Virus record (IMG/VR): IMGVR_UViG_3300044701_004668
Location: 2,644-66,643 of that record
Source: a virus
DNA: 64,000 bases
Strand: one strand, 5' to 3'
A program made the position numbers and the translations under genes. Within the stretch, counting starts at the first letter, position 1. Each line of letters opens with the position of its first letter. Below the pieces are notes generated by a model. That model did no database searches. It was not told the origin of the DNA and saw only the letters and a list, made by a program, of their open reading frames with translations. Shown here in pieces: positions 1-10,099 of this stretch.

Positions 1-3000
1 GCCTTGATTAGGTGAGGCAGCCCAAGAAAGTGAAAGCCCCCCTGAAAATCAAAGCCTCTACCGAATCTCATGTTCAAAGGAATGCAGGCAAAGTGGAACT
101 GATTACTGGAATCAGCGGATGGCCTCAGAACAATGAAGAAGCTGTAAAAATTTACCGAACCAGTAAAATCGTCATAGCCACTGCCGTCAAAATAATTATT
201 TTCAACAGTGTTTGTCCCAACGCTGTTACTGGGCCACTTAAGACCGGCAAAGTTCGCAGTATAAGCGACAAACTTTGCATTACAAGTCCAGACAGAAGAC
301 GGATTGTATAGCCCCGGCGCCATCCTGATCTCAGCAGTCTGGTTTCCGCCCCCAATAACCGAGTTTGCGTAGTCGGAAGCGAGCGCAAGGGTTGGGATTG
401 CTTTTGATGGCGAGGTCGGCGGATCAGCAATCATCTGATCAAGCGTTTTGGTAGCGGTGCCAGCCTTCACATAGATCGGAATCGTGTCAGTTGAGGTGCT
501 GACAAGTTTTTGTGCAATCTTCCAGCGATTGAGAGCACGGATGGTAACGACATCTGGGTTGCCCTCAATGTCTGCATCGCTTCCAGCGGTAGGAGGATTG
601 ACGGACTCGACAACTTCCGCGTAAGAGGCAAGTTTGACAGGTCCAAGCTTGTCAATTTTTGCAGAAGAAAGATCCGGGAACTCAACATCATTCTCAATCG
701 CAAGATTGAAAATAGTAGCCTCCCCGAGAACATTGATATTGTTGAAGTCTTGAGCCTGAGCAGCATCAAGATCCTGCCCGGAAAGATTCTCCAGTGTTGT
801 CGTCGCCCCCGTTTCAATATCTTCAAGCCCTCGGGGCGTGATGTTGAAACCGTCTTCGTTGGAGCCCTGGGGAATTACGCGGCCACCAGCGATATTCGTA
901 AAGTAGTAGGTGAACTTGTTGAACTCACTCATGTCCTGCTGAGCTGCAGGCAGGGCCTTGGAGTAGTTGCGGAATCCCGCCCACTCCCAAGCGTGCCCAT
1001 AGAGCCTCAACATGCTCGGACGCCTGAACTCAACCGCCCAGTACCCCAGGCCGATCGCAGCACCCCCGGAGGGGGCGACAGGGAAGTCCAGGGAGCTGTT
1101 CGGGTCTCGCAGCCTGCTGGCGCTCGCACGAGGCACCAGGGCGTCGTGAGCGGCGGATTCGGTGAAGCCGAGAGCCCTCAGTAAGGCGTAGGCGCCGAGA
1201 TAGTCAGTGCCCGAACGGTATTGATCGCGGACAGGCCCAGCATTTGTCCAAACTGAAGTCCAGTTAATTCCAAGAGTCGTGCTTGTATCAGAATCAGAAG
1301 TATCGGTATCAAAGGTAATTGTCGGGGCTTCGTTGGAAATCGAATCTTCGGGATTGAAGTCACTGGGCATGTGAACATAAATTTCGCCCCAAAGCGAGGG
1401 ATCTGGCGAAGAGCCAGAGCTAACCATTGTTTGTTTTGCCTGCCAATGCTTGTTGGCATAGCGAACGACGGTTCCTACCCTGTAGTAAGTATCGGCTTGA
1501 TAGACACGATCTGCAGCGCCGCGACGAATTGTGATTTCACTCGTCCGAGTCACGCCAGAGCCCGGTGTCGGCCCAACGCCAACTGCGCTGACCAGCAGGA
1601 CTTCGCTTCCGCCCCCGTTGAGAACACGAGAAATCGCCCCACCCGAACGAGCAGGATCGGTCTGAAGTGTGAAATTCCGCTGAGGAAGCCGAGAGCTTGC
1701 CGTGTTATTCAGGAGCAGGCTGATACGGCGTTCGCCAGAGGGGCGTGTATCAACAATTCGACGAATATAAACACGACGACCAATTGCAAGACTGCTGCCC
1801 TGAGGATTAGTGCCAACGGGTGCATCGTTTCCAGATTCAAGTAGTTGAGAGGTGATATTGATGGTTGAGGGGGCGGAAGAAGACCATGCCGATGAGGTCA
1901 GGGTCGCACGCCAATCAGGCCCGACAGGGTTATCAACCCAAACTTTCGTCCCATTCGCAAATGTATAACCTTCTGCGAGAAGCTGGGCCGGAACAGTTGT
2001 CGAATCCTCGCTGGCCAGCAAACCAGTGCTCAGAGTGATTGATGTACCGCTAATTGCCGAAACGGTTCCAAGATAAATCCTGCGGATGTTGCTGGTTTTC
2101 TCTGAAACATTCAGAGGAGCCTTGAGGCGAGAAACAGACCAATTACTGTCCTTCGGGAAAGCAGAAGCCTTGTATCCCTTGCTGATAGCAGCACAGCCAC
2201 CAAATGTGCTGTTGCTGTTGGTAATTGTGATTTCGCCCCCATTATCCGTATAGTTCATCCCATCTTGGCCAATGCCAAAAATGGAAACCTCTTGGATAAA
2301 AGCATCGTTGACGGCTGAGATATGACGAGTCGATCTAGCCGGATTCATCCTGAGGTCATCAGGAGAGGCGTCAATGTATTGCTCGTAATCTTCAGTGGTG
2401 TTTGTCAGTGAAACCCAGTTACCGCTTTCATATACCTGCCAGCAGCGCATGTCTTTCTGGTTGCTGACACCAGTGAAATTGGCGCAGACCATCGACTTCA
2501 GGCCGCCAATTCGATTCCCATCCCAGAAGGCCCCACCGAGGCCATAGTCCGAACGAATCGAACAGTTGAAGATGTAGGGCGAGGCAGAGGCAGTGGTGTC
2601 CCAAGCAGACGTAGGGGCCTGACTGGTATCAATCGGCCCGACAATCTCATGCTCCGTTGAACGAGTCTGAGTCAGAGCACTTGCAAGATCCGCCCCAGAG
2701 CCAACTGCGCTGAGTGTTTTGGCGTAAAAAGCGTCAAGTTCAGACTGGCTGGCAGGGCCAAACAGATCAAGAAGATGATGGCTTTCGTTGAAGCCAATCT
2801 TGTCCATGCCAGTAACGCCAAAAAAGTAACCAGTGCCGGTAACTTTCAGGATCGAACGACGGTTGCTGTAATCGGCAGCTTCATCGGCAGGGGCGGGAAC
2901 GTAATTCGGTCGGATGGTCGTCTTGCGCAGGTCAGGCCCGCAAAGACTGCATCCTCTCGGCAGCAAAACACCACCAACAGAGGCGGGGTTGAAGGAAATC

Positions 3001-3530
3001 AGCTCAGCAATAGTTGGAACTTTTGTCTCGCCCCAAGTCGCAGGGCTCGTATTGCTACTGCCAGGATCGTTGTAAACAATGTGAACACCAGTGCTGAGAA
3101 CAATACTCACGCAATCAACGTGAGCTTTTGGGTCGCTGTAGGTGTACCAATCCTTTGAAGTAATAATTGCAGCCTCGATGGCGGCGCGGTTAATCGTTTT
3201 GAAGGGGCGGAAAGGAGTGTAACCACACTCAAGCCTTTGCATCTCAATTCGCTTGAGCTTGCTTGCAATAATTTCTTCGTCGGTCGTGCCAGTCTCAAAG
3301 CTATTGTAACTGCCGCCTACAAACTTATCGCTACCGATATAAGGGTTGACGTAAAGAGTGAAGGGGGCGGACAGAGGATCTGCTTGGGCCAGATTCCCTG
3401 CAATGATCGAGGCATTGCCGCCAAGCTGACGCATTGCGTCAACAAGTGCCGCGATCTGCTCTCGGAACTGATCGTTTGACGGTGTTGCGTTCAGCGCTCC
3501 ATCTTCGCCCGCCAGCTTAATAACCGTCAT
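1..3530 (-). CDS. Large cyanophage-type virion structural protein / tail spike (runs off the window, 3' partial)
   Basis: Absent from the ORF track, presumably because no stop lies in the window. ATG at 3530 gives MTVIKLAGEDGAL...LYVNPYIGSD...PFKTINRAAIEA...GGVLLPRGCSLCGPDLRKTTIRP...SASPYIFNCSIRS...RRPSMLRLYGHAWEW, motifs I recognise from large beta-helical structural proteins of cyanophages. Frame spot-checked at the start, middle and position 1, not codon by codon. Confidence 0.8.
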   Translation of the reverse strand, partial: MTVIKLAGEDGALNATPSNDQFREQIAALVDAMRQLGGNASIIAGNLAQADPLSAPFTLYVNPYIGSDKFVGGSYNSFETGTTDEEIIASKLKRIEMQRLECGYTPFRPFKTINRAAIEAAIITSKDWYTYSDPKAHVDCVSIVLSTGVHIVYNDPGSSNTSPATWGETKVPTIAELISFNPASVGGVLLPRGCSLCGPDLRKTTIRPNYVPAPADEAADYSNRRSILKVTGTGYFFGVTGMDKIGFNESHHLLDLFGPASQSELDAFYAKTLSAVGSGADLASALTQTRSTEHEIVGPIDTSQAPTSAWDTTASASPYIFNCSIRSDYGLGGAFWDGNRIGGLKSMVCANFTGVSNQKDMRCWQVYESGNWVSLTNTTEDYEQYIDASPDDLRMNPARSTRHISAVNDAFIQEVSIFGIGQDGMNYTDNGGEITITNSNSTFGGCAAISKGYKASAFPKDSNWSVSRLKAPLNVSEKTSNIRRIYLGTVSAISGTSITLSTGLLASEDSTTVPAQLLAEGYTFANGTKVWVDNPVGPDWRATLTSSAWSSSAPSTINITSQLLESGNDAPVGTNPQGSSLAIGRRVYIRRIVDTRPSGERRISLLLNNTASSRLPQRNFTLQTDPARSGGAISRVLNGGGSEVLLVSAVGVGPTPGSGVTRTSEITIRRGAADRVYQADTYYRVGTVVRYANKHWQAKQTMVSSGSSPDPSLWGEIYVHMPSDFNPEDSISNEAPTITFDTDTSDSDTSTTLGINWTSVWTNAGPVRDQYRSGTDYLGAYALLRALGFTESAAHDALVPRASASRLRDPNSSLDFPVAPSGGAAIGLGYWAVEFRRPSMLRLYGHAWEWAGFRNYSKALPAAQQDMSEFNKFTYYFTNIAGGRVIPQGSNEDGFNITPRGLEDIETGATTTLENLSGQDLDAAQAQDFNNINVLGEATIFNLAIENDVEFPDLSSAKIDKLGPVKLASYAEVVESVNPPTAGSDADIEGNPDVVTIRALNRWKIAQKLVSTSTDTIPIYVKAGTATKTLDQMIADPPTSPSKAIPTLALASDYANSVIGGGNQTAEIRMAPGLYNPSSVWTCNAKFVAYTANFAGLKWPSNSVGTNTVENNYFDGSGYDDFTGSVNFYSFFIVLRPSADSSNQFHFACIPLNMRFGRGFDFQGGFHFLGLPHLIK

Positions 3531-3558
3531 CTGAAGCAGCTAGAGTTCTGAGCTTATC

Positions 3559-4653
3559 TTAGCCCCCAGTCGTAGAAATGAGCTTGATTTTCCCGGTGGC
3601 AACAAACTGGAGTGTCATGGTGATCACCTCAGCAACAGAAGCATTCACGCTTGAGTTGGATATAATTATCGGAGTTTCGTAGTAAATTGTTTTGTCGTTG
3701 CCACAGTCGCTACCAGAGTTGCCAGCATCAGCAATGACAAACTTTGCATTTGCCTTCGCCCCCACTTGAGTTACAAGCATGAGGCGAAGCAAGGAAGATG
3801 GCCCAAAGTTCTCCTTGGCTTCTTTTGAGTCAACAATTGCATTGAAACTGCCCGCCCCCTTCAGCGATCCCTTTGCGGAATCTCCGAATCTCTGCCCAAT
3901 AGCATTTTGATCGAGTACATCGACATTTGTTTCAAATACCCAGCTTGTCAGATTTGCAACCTGCTTCCATCCGCTTGTCTCTGAGGATTCTTCAATAAAA
4001 TCTGCAATCTCTTGCGAAAGTGCTTTCGGCAAAAACTGATCACCAGAGACTTCGCCCATCGACCTTGAGAAAATCAGGGGCGTGGCATAAGAGAGAATTT
4101 GATTGATCAGCGATTGCGTGTAGTTACCTTCGGGGGCAGGGCTGATGACAAGTGCCCCAACATCAAGAATTGAAATGGGGAGAAGCGAATCGCCTTTCCC
4201 GTTAATTGCATCGTCTTGATCAGAATAAAAAGTAACATTATCCATTTCATCTCGATGGATGTAGACATACGCAGATGTCGTAGTCGGAAGATTGTCGTAG
4301 AACGGAGCGTTTCCACTTCCGATATATGCTGAATTGAACTTATGCCTTGAGCGCCCAACTGGGCCGGAGTCGAACTGCCCCTCGCCGTAGAAGGCGTGGC
4401 CGCCTGGGCAGGGGGCGTAGGAGTCCAGAGGTGGGGCAACGAGGCAGCAGTCGTCCTGAGGCGCCCCCGAGAGGCCCACTGGCACGCCTCGATCGCACAG
4501 CAGCAGCACCCTGTCCCCAGACCAGAACGCCGGGTCGCTGAGGTCCAGAGAGTTGCCCTGGCTGCCCGAGATCAACCGAGAGTTGTTGACGGCAGCAGGC
4601 TGCGCCCATTCCCTACGAAATGAAACCGTTCCGTAGGTTCCAAGAAGAGCCAT
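3559..4653 (-). CDS. Tail structural protein with C-terminal tail-tube-like domain
   Basis: 364 aa. The C-terminal part (SWVFETNVDVLDQNAIG...GAGSF...QFVATG) resembles a siphovirus tail-tube fold. Lies in the tail operon. Confidence 0.6.
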   Translation of the reverse strand: MALLGTYGTVSFRREWAQPAAVNNSRLISGSQGNSLDLSDPAFWSGDRVLLLCDRGVPVGLSGAPQDDCCLVAPPLDSYAPCPGGHAFYGEGQFDSGPVGRSRHKFNSAYIGSGNAPFYDNLPTTTSAYVYIHRDEMDNVTFYSDQDDAINGKGDSLLPISILDVGALVISPAPEGNYTQSLINQILSYATPLIFSRSMGEVSGDQFLPKALSQEIADFIEESSETSGWKQVANLTSWVFETNVDVLDQNAIGQRFGDSAKGSLKGAGSFNAIVDSKEAKENFGPSSLLRLMLVTQVGAKANAKFVIADAGNSGSDCGNDKTIYYETPIIISNSSVNASVAEVITMTLQFVATGKIKLISTTGG

Positions 4654-5051
4654 CAGTATTGAGCAGAGGGCTTTCCACTAATTACAAAGTTGATACTGAC
4701 GCTTGTATTCTCGCCAGGGGCGATAGATTCACTCTGGCTGGAAATCAAAACCTCTCCTTCAATCGTGCCCTGGGACTGCCCCTTGTAGAGGATCAAAGTA
4801 AGATTGTCAACCGCTTCCCCATCATTGAGGATTCGATTCATCAGATCAGTGGTTGCGGTGTCATCCGTCTTGTAAAGAAGAGTGGCACTGCCGCTGGTAT
4901 TTCTTTTCCCATAGGTAAAAGTATCGTCCATGTCACCAATCCCAGTGGTCTGCAACGTATCCCTGGTTTTGTTGATTGAAGCGTTAGTCACCTTGGCGAC
5001 CTTCAGGCCATTCCAGCGCAACTCCCCATGTGTGCCGTTGAGAATAGTCAC
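4653..5051 (-). CDS. Minor tail protein, tail-tube-like fold
   Basis: 132 aa. GTHGEL...TTGIGD...SGSATLLY...SINFVISG is a tail-tube family pattern. Confidence 0.65.
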   Translation of the reverse strand: MTILNGTHGELRWNGLKVAKVTNASINKTRDTLQTTGIGDMDDTFTYGKRNTSGSATLLYKTDDTATTDLMNRILNDGEAVDNLTLILYKGQSQGTIEGEVLISSQSESIAPGENTSVSINFVISGKPSAQY

Positions 5052-5452
5052 GAGAATCTAAGCTCTGCTCTAAGTGTCACTCTAGTCGTGTATCTCCTGC
5101 CGGGTACTCGCTGAAGCTGCGGTGGCTGATCTTCAAAGAAATGCCACGTTAGCCCAGAATCCGTCTGCTTGATAAAAGCAAGAAGTTCTGAATCTGTAAT
5201 CCCATTGAAAAGAATTGAAGGCAGGCTGAGCCCCTCAACAGGCCCCTTTGCCTCTCTGTACGCCTCAAGGATTCCAAGCGCTGCCTCTTGGCTGATATTT
5301 TCAAAATCAAACTCAAGAACAGCATCTGATTCTTTTGACGCCCAAACCCTGTAGCTTCTCACCCCAGACTGAGATCGAGAAGATGAAATCGGGAAGGAGG
5401 GCGGAGTAAAAGAGCAACCTGTCGGCTGGACTGCGGGAAATGCTACGGTCAT
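5048..5452 (-). CDS. Minor tail protein (distal tail / lambda gpM-like)
   Basis: 134 aa, FPAVQP...SQSGVRS...W.F...P. Translationally coupled within the tail-tip cluster. Confidence 0.5.
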   Translation of the reverse strand: MTVAFPAVQPTGCSFTPPSFPISSSRSQSGVRSYRVWASKESDAVLEFDFENISQEAALGILEAYREAKGPVEGLSLPSILFNGITDSELLAFIKQTDSGLTWHFFEDQPPQLQRVPGRRYTTRVTLRAELRFS

Positions 5453-8400
5453 GATTCAATTACCCAGTTTGATGAATTGTTCCAGCCAGCAGCAATCAGA
5501 AGAACACTGTTTTCGTTGACAGGGGCGTGAACAGCCTCGATCGAAAATCTGCCATCTTGCACTGGTGTAATCTTGGAAATCTGATAAGTTCTCACCTGAG
5601 TTGTACTGCTTTTTACGGTGAAGACTATTCCGGTTGGAGAGCCCTCACCGTCTGAGTTTACTGCCAGTGTCGCATCAGCAGGATCATTAGAAGTCCCATC
5701 CCAAGCGATTACGTTATACGTGCCAGGATCAAGGGGCGTGGAGCAAACAATTTGCCCGTTACTCAATACCGCCCCATTATTGAATTGATTGTAAACAGTT
5801 GTGTCCATAGCGACTTTAATGTAATCGCCTGGGAATAGCTCAGAACAAACCCCCTCCAGGGCGTCGTAGGTTATCTCAAAGCTGACTGTATGATCTCTGA
5901 GTCGTTTCGCCCGAATTCTAAACTTGCAAACATCAATGGCGTGCTTTTCGTTTGTGACATAGCTAGAGAGGTCGATTGATTCGATCGGGTCGGAATCACT
6001 GCCATAGGGGGCGGCCTCAGCAACCAGCACCTCTCTTTCAACAGGAAAGAGGCCGGGGTTGTTGGGGTCCAAACCAGCCCTCTCTTCTCGCCATTTGGCG
6101 CTCACCCGAACAGGCTTCAGGTCGTCTACTGGAATAGTTTCAAACTTAAAAGTGCCCTCCTGTATATTTCCAGCGGTAAATAGAGCTTTGTGCTGAATTG
6201 CAGAAAAGCTGAGGGCGGGAGAAAGTGAATAAATTCCGCCCGTCTCTCTGAAATCAAGCAGCATTGTTGCTGCAACATCAGCAGCCCATTGGCGAGGCGA
6301 ATTGCTCCCAAGCATTACGGGGCCATCGAAAAAGTAGCGATTGTCGTAACACCACTGAGCTGCAGTAGTAAAAGAGGGAATGTCGATCAGGCTATCGTCA
6401 ATCCTTCCAGGCCCATACTTTTCATTTGTGAAGCGATCAAGGGCAACGTCAGGGAAAAGATGAGAGGCGCCAAGACTAAGCCCGTTGAGCAATCTTCTAA
6501 TTTCCGCCCCCTGATTCACATAGCCAGAAAATTGCCTGAACTGCGCCCACTCAAACGCCGATCTGACATTGATGCCAACGAGGGCAATTCCGTCATATAG
6601 AGGGGCAGTTGTGTTTTCAACGATTTCATTGACGTAAACTATCTCGTGCTCTGGCCCATTAGAAGCAGAGGACTGTATTTCCTCGTAGACAAAAAATTCA
6701 GCAAGCTTGCCCCAAGCGTCCGCATAATTATTACCGGTATCCACATGAGGCAGGCCCATATTGTCTCTCTTCGTCTGCCTGAGGGCAAATGTGCCACCGC
6801 TCCTAGTTACATTGTTGACGCCATTGAAATAAGTCTTGACGGTCCCGTATGACGTAGAAGTTGTAACGACGTGATATGAGGTAGCCCCCGTCAGCGTGGC
6901 ATTCAGAACACAAAGGGCGCCAGTAGCGATGCTCTCTCTAATTTCCCACCCCGTCAAAGGCTCAATTCTGAATTCCCATCTCGCCTCTTCTGGCATTTCA
7001 AGCCGAATGTAGTTGAAGACAGGCTGCTGAGTAATGCTCACAACCCCAAAACATTGATTCAGGGGCGTGAAAGAAGCATCAGAATACTTTCTTACACTTA
7101 CACGGAAAAAGCTATATCTTTCTTCGCTTGTTGAAGTCACCCCACTTTGGTACTGATCTGTTTTCAGCTTGTCCCCACTCTTGATCGTGTCGCCCTCGTA
7201 GTTTTCACATGCACGCCCATCGGCCTCTGCAAAGGTCAGGCATTTCCTGAAGCGCATAAGCCCACTGATCCTGATCCCGAGAGAAGACCTGATACCAATC
7301 TCAATGATCCTGCAGTCTCTAGTTGTTGCGATATTTGCAACCGCAACCCTCATTAGGTGAGGGCCATTTGTTGCGTTTTTTCTGTCGATTGTTTGAAGCC
7401 CGTCCGCCTCAAGGTCGCTGGTTGTGTAAACAGCAGCCTGTCCGGGGCGCACAACTTTGAAAGTTGCCGTAATCGTTTCACCAGAATCCTCTTCTTCCAG
7501 CTCGGCATCGCTGCGGAAGATCGCGTTCTCAGGGTTTCGTGCAGAGCAAACAGCAAGACATGAGCCAATCTTGTAAATCTCCCCTATGACAATTGCATCA
7601 TCCCAGGCTCTTTGACGAGCGAGAACAGAAGACGCAGCGTCGTCAGCCTTTTCAGAGTAAATGTCAGAGTTTTTATACCTAAAAATGATGTCAACGCTCA
7701 AGTCCCCGTTTGGGGCAGTGCTTACATTACTGTAAGAGTCTTGATCCTCCGGCAGGCCAAAGTTGATGTCAACCTGCTTGTTGATTAGCCCGTCCTGATC
7801 AATTCCAGTGCCAATGGAAAAAGTGCTGTTATTGAAATCAATAGAATCCCCAGAGCTATTTCTAATATATTTTCTGAGCGCTCTAACCGTAACAACTACA
7901 TTGAGCTTGATTCTGAAATCAATGTCTCTGTCATTATTGCTTGCCTTGATCCAGTATTTTACAATGTACTGCCCAAAACTTGCATTTTGATAGATACTTT
8001 CAAAATCACTCTTGTCGGCAACAACCCCCAGCGTAAGAGTCTTGTCGGTTGTATTAAGCGTTGGCGGTGTTTGCAACTGAATTGCGCTCAGCAAGCCAGA
8101 AAGATCAACTGATCCTGGAAAGATTGTTGAACCACTATAGTTTGGCTCGCCATAAACGTTTGTAACATCTCTGATCTCCTTTGACGTATTCCAAGTATCT
8201 CCGTCTTCACCGATCGACTGAAACTGTGTATCGTAATCACTACTCCTGAACAACTTATATGTAATTGTGTCCCCAACGCTTGCAAATGTTCCAGCGGTGA
8301 TTCCAGAGCGAGTTGAGAAAAAAGCTGCAAACTTATCTCGCTGCACTTGAACTACGTCATCCTTGTCGCACGCAACTTTGGCGTCCCCGTCGTCGCCCTT

Positions 8401-9255
8401 CGGCTTGAGCCTTGCCGTAACGCCAGGTCTTACATTTGGATTTAGCTTGAAGCCAAGATTGTTTCCAATGGGCGAGTAAACACCAAAAGTAGTGCTAGTG
8501 CTTGGCTTGATAGATGCCGAAAAGTCAGGCGCCCACTCACCATCAACGGATTTAAGCTGAAAAACATCGTCCGCCCCATCGGACTGAGCGTTGCCGATGT
8601 CCTGAGCGGCAAGCCTTCCGGCAATTCTGCTACCTGAAACAAGCCTGCCCCCATTGTTTCTGTAATAAATAGTCAGCCTGCTGCCAATTTCATTGGCCCC
8701 TGCCGTCAGAAGGTCATAGGTGCCAATCGTGTTGTCCCCGATAGCAAAGCCCAGGGGGTCGAGGCCAACAATCTTGCCCTCCCCGATCATGAAGACCGCC
8801 CTGAGCATCTGAGAGCCCCCAAGGCTCCAGATCTGAGACCAGAGAAGCGAAGTGTTCGCCCTGACGCCCCCGTAGGTTTGGCCCCCAATCGTTTCTCTGT
8901 TGGCATAGATGACAGGAATCGGCTCCCCAATTGCTGCTACGTCCTGAACAGCATCAAAACCAGCTCGGGGCGCAAAAGAAGTAATTCCTTTTTGGTTTTT
9001 CCCGGTTGTTTCTCTGCCATCAATTTCAGCGGGGCGCCCTGGCTTGGGCTGAAGCAATGCCCCAATAATTTGCAGCCCAGTGCCGATAACAGTTAGCACG
9101 AGAGAAACAATCGCAATAGTTGTTGCAGGATCTCCGCAAACAACCGATGGCTGAGGCCCTTCCTGCGCCCTTGCCCTCACATAGTCTTTCCAGTATTTGT
9201 ATTGCTCGTCAGTCAGCCCAAGAAGAGATGCAACGTAGCGATCAGCAGGCAACAT
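5449..9255 (-). CDS. Tail tip / host-specificity protein (lambda gpJ-like central fibre hub)
   Basis: 1268 aa. Hydrophobic N-terminal segment then GEPIPVIY, and later LFTAGNI...F and PGDYIKV motifs typical of J-like hubs. Follows the gpL/gpK-like genes. Confidence 0.75.
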   Translation of the reverse strand: MLPADRYVASLLGLTDEQYKYWKDYVRARAQEGPQPSVVCGDPATTIAIVSLVLTVIGTGLQIIGALLQPKPGRPAEIDGRETTGKNQKGITSFAPRAGFDAVQDVAAIGEPIPVIYANRETIGGQTYGGVRANTSLLWSQIWSLGGSQMLRAVFMIGEGKIVGLDPLGFAIGDNTIGTYDLLTAGANEIGSRLTIYYRNNGGRLVSGSRIAGRLAAQDIGNAQSDGADDVFQLKSVDGEWAPDFSASIKPSTSTTFGVYSPIGNNLGFKLNPNVRPGVTARLKPKGDDGDAKVACDKDDVVQVQRDKFAAFFSTRSGITAGTFASVGDTITYKLFRSSDYDTQFQSIGEDGDTWNTSKEIRDVTNVYGEPNYSGSTIFPGSVDLSGLLSAIQLQTPPTLNTTDKTLTLGVVADKSDFESIYQNASFGQYIVKYWIKASNNDRDIDFRIKLNVVVTVRALRKYIRNSSGDSIDFNNSTFSIGTGIDQDGLINKQVDINFGLPEDQDSYSNVSTAPNGDLSVDIIFRYKNSDIYSEKADDAASSVLARQRAWDDAIVIGEIYKIGSCLAVCSARNPENAIFRSDAELEEEDSGETITATFKVVRPGQAAVYTTSDLEADGLQTIDRKNATNGPHLMRVAVANIATTRDCRIIEIGIRSSLGIRISGLMRFRKCLTFAEADGRACENYEGDTIKSGDKLKTDQYQSGVTSTSEERYSFFRVSVRKYSDASFTPLNQCFGVVSITQQPVFNYIRLEMPEEARWEFRIEPLTGWEIRESIATGALCVLNATLTGATSYHVVTTSTSYGTVKTYFNGVNNVTRSGGTFALRQTKRDNMGLPHVDTGNNYADAWGKLAEFFVYEEIQSSASNGPEHEIVYVNEIVENTTAPLYDGIALVGINVRSAFEWAQFRQFSGYVNQGAEIRRLLNGLSLGASHLFPDVALDRFTNEKYGPGRIDDSLIDIPSFTTAAQWCYDNRYFFDGPVMLGSNSPRQWAADVAATMLLDFRETGGIYSLSPALSFSAIQHKALFTAGNIQEGTFKFETIPVDDLKPVRVSAKWREERAGLDPNNPGLFPVEREVLVAEAAPYGSDSDPIESIDLSSYVTNEKHAIDVCKFRIRAKRLRDHTVSFEITYDALEGVCSELFPGDYIKVAMDTTVYNQFNNGAVLSNGQIVCSTPLDPGTYNVIAWDGTSNDPADATLAVNSDGEGSPTGIVFTVKSSTTQVRTYQISKITPVQDGRFSIEAVHAPVNENSVLLIAAGWNNSSNWVIES

Positions 9256-9631
9256 TGCGGACTCTCCAGTAGTTCGGCTTCTGGATCAATGATACTGGAA
9301 TCCAAGCAACACCTTTGGTGTGCCTGACGATCAGAAATCCCCCATCTATGAAGACCCCGAGCCCAAACAACTGCTCTTTGTCCGAGTGCATGTAAACACA
9401 GCCGTTACTAATGTCGTCAGTCTTTTCCATTAGCCTCCCCCACTCTCGATACAAACTATCCCATCTCTCCTGCCTGGCCATCTCAAACCAGTTTGGATTC
9501 AGGGGCGGGCAAAAAAGATTTTGTGATTTCAAGACTTTACTTGTCATCACCAGGCAATCGGCAGCTACCCCATCGTCAGGATCAGCCCCAATCTCATGTG
9601 GAAGCCCAATCCACTTGTAATAATCAATCAT
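9242..9631 (-). CDS. NlpC/P60-like tail assembly protein (lambda gpK-like)
   Basis: WIGLPH...ADCL motif and position between the gpL-like and gpJ-like genes. Confidence 0.65.
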   Translation of the reverse strand: MIDYYKWIGLPHEIGADPDDGVAADCLVMTSKVLKSQNLFCPPLNPNWFEMARQERWDSLYREWGRLMEKTDDISNGCVYMHSDKEQLFGLGVFIDGGFLIVRHTKGVAWIPVSLIQKPNYWRVRNVAC

Positions 9632-10095
9632 TGCAGGCTAAGCGTTCCGCTTGTTGGTAAAGCCCCCACCAGCTTTTGTGACAAGACTCTGCCCCCAATG
9701 CGAGTAACAGAATCAAGGGGCGAGGCAAGCTGAAGAACCACGCCATCAAGGGAAATATCATATTGAACCTGAGAGCAGGCCCAGGTCTCTGAGGTCAAAA
9801 GGGCGCCAAGTGAAAAGTTCGCCAGGTTTACTTTTACGGTCTTGATCTCAAGAAGCCAGTCTTCCTTGCAGGCTTCGCAGAAAACGTTATGGGTGATGTC
9901 GTTTGATGGGGCGCTGATTGCAGCCTCGGACCTCTCCCCGCCTTGTGTGCTGGAATTGGTCGAAACAGCTATCGGTATAAATTGATAGTTTGCAGACTGG
10001 AAGGTTTTAGTCTCGCCGGGGAAGAAATTTTGGGCGAGCCAGGTGGTGTAAGCACCACCCCTTTCCTTGAAGCGCAAGAAGTTGCAAAGTTCCAT
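9628..10095 (-). CDS. Minor tail protein (lambda gpL-like)
   Basis: 155 aa directly after the tape measure gene, with YQFIP and LASPLD motifs. Confidence 0.55.
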   Translation of the reverse strand: MELCNFLRFKERGGAYTTWLAQNFFPGETKTFQSANYQFIPIAVSTNSSTQGGERSEAAISAPSNDITHNVFCEACKEDWLLEIKTVKVNLANFSLGALLTSETWACSQVQYDISLDGVVLQLASPLDSVTRIGGRVLSQKLVGALPTSGTLSLQ

Positions 10096-10099
10096 TTAC

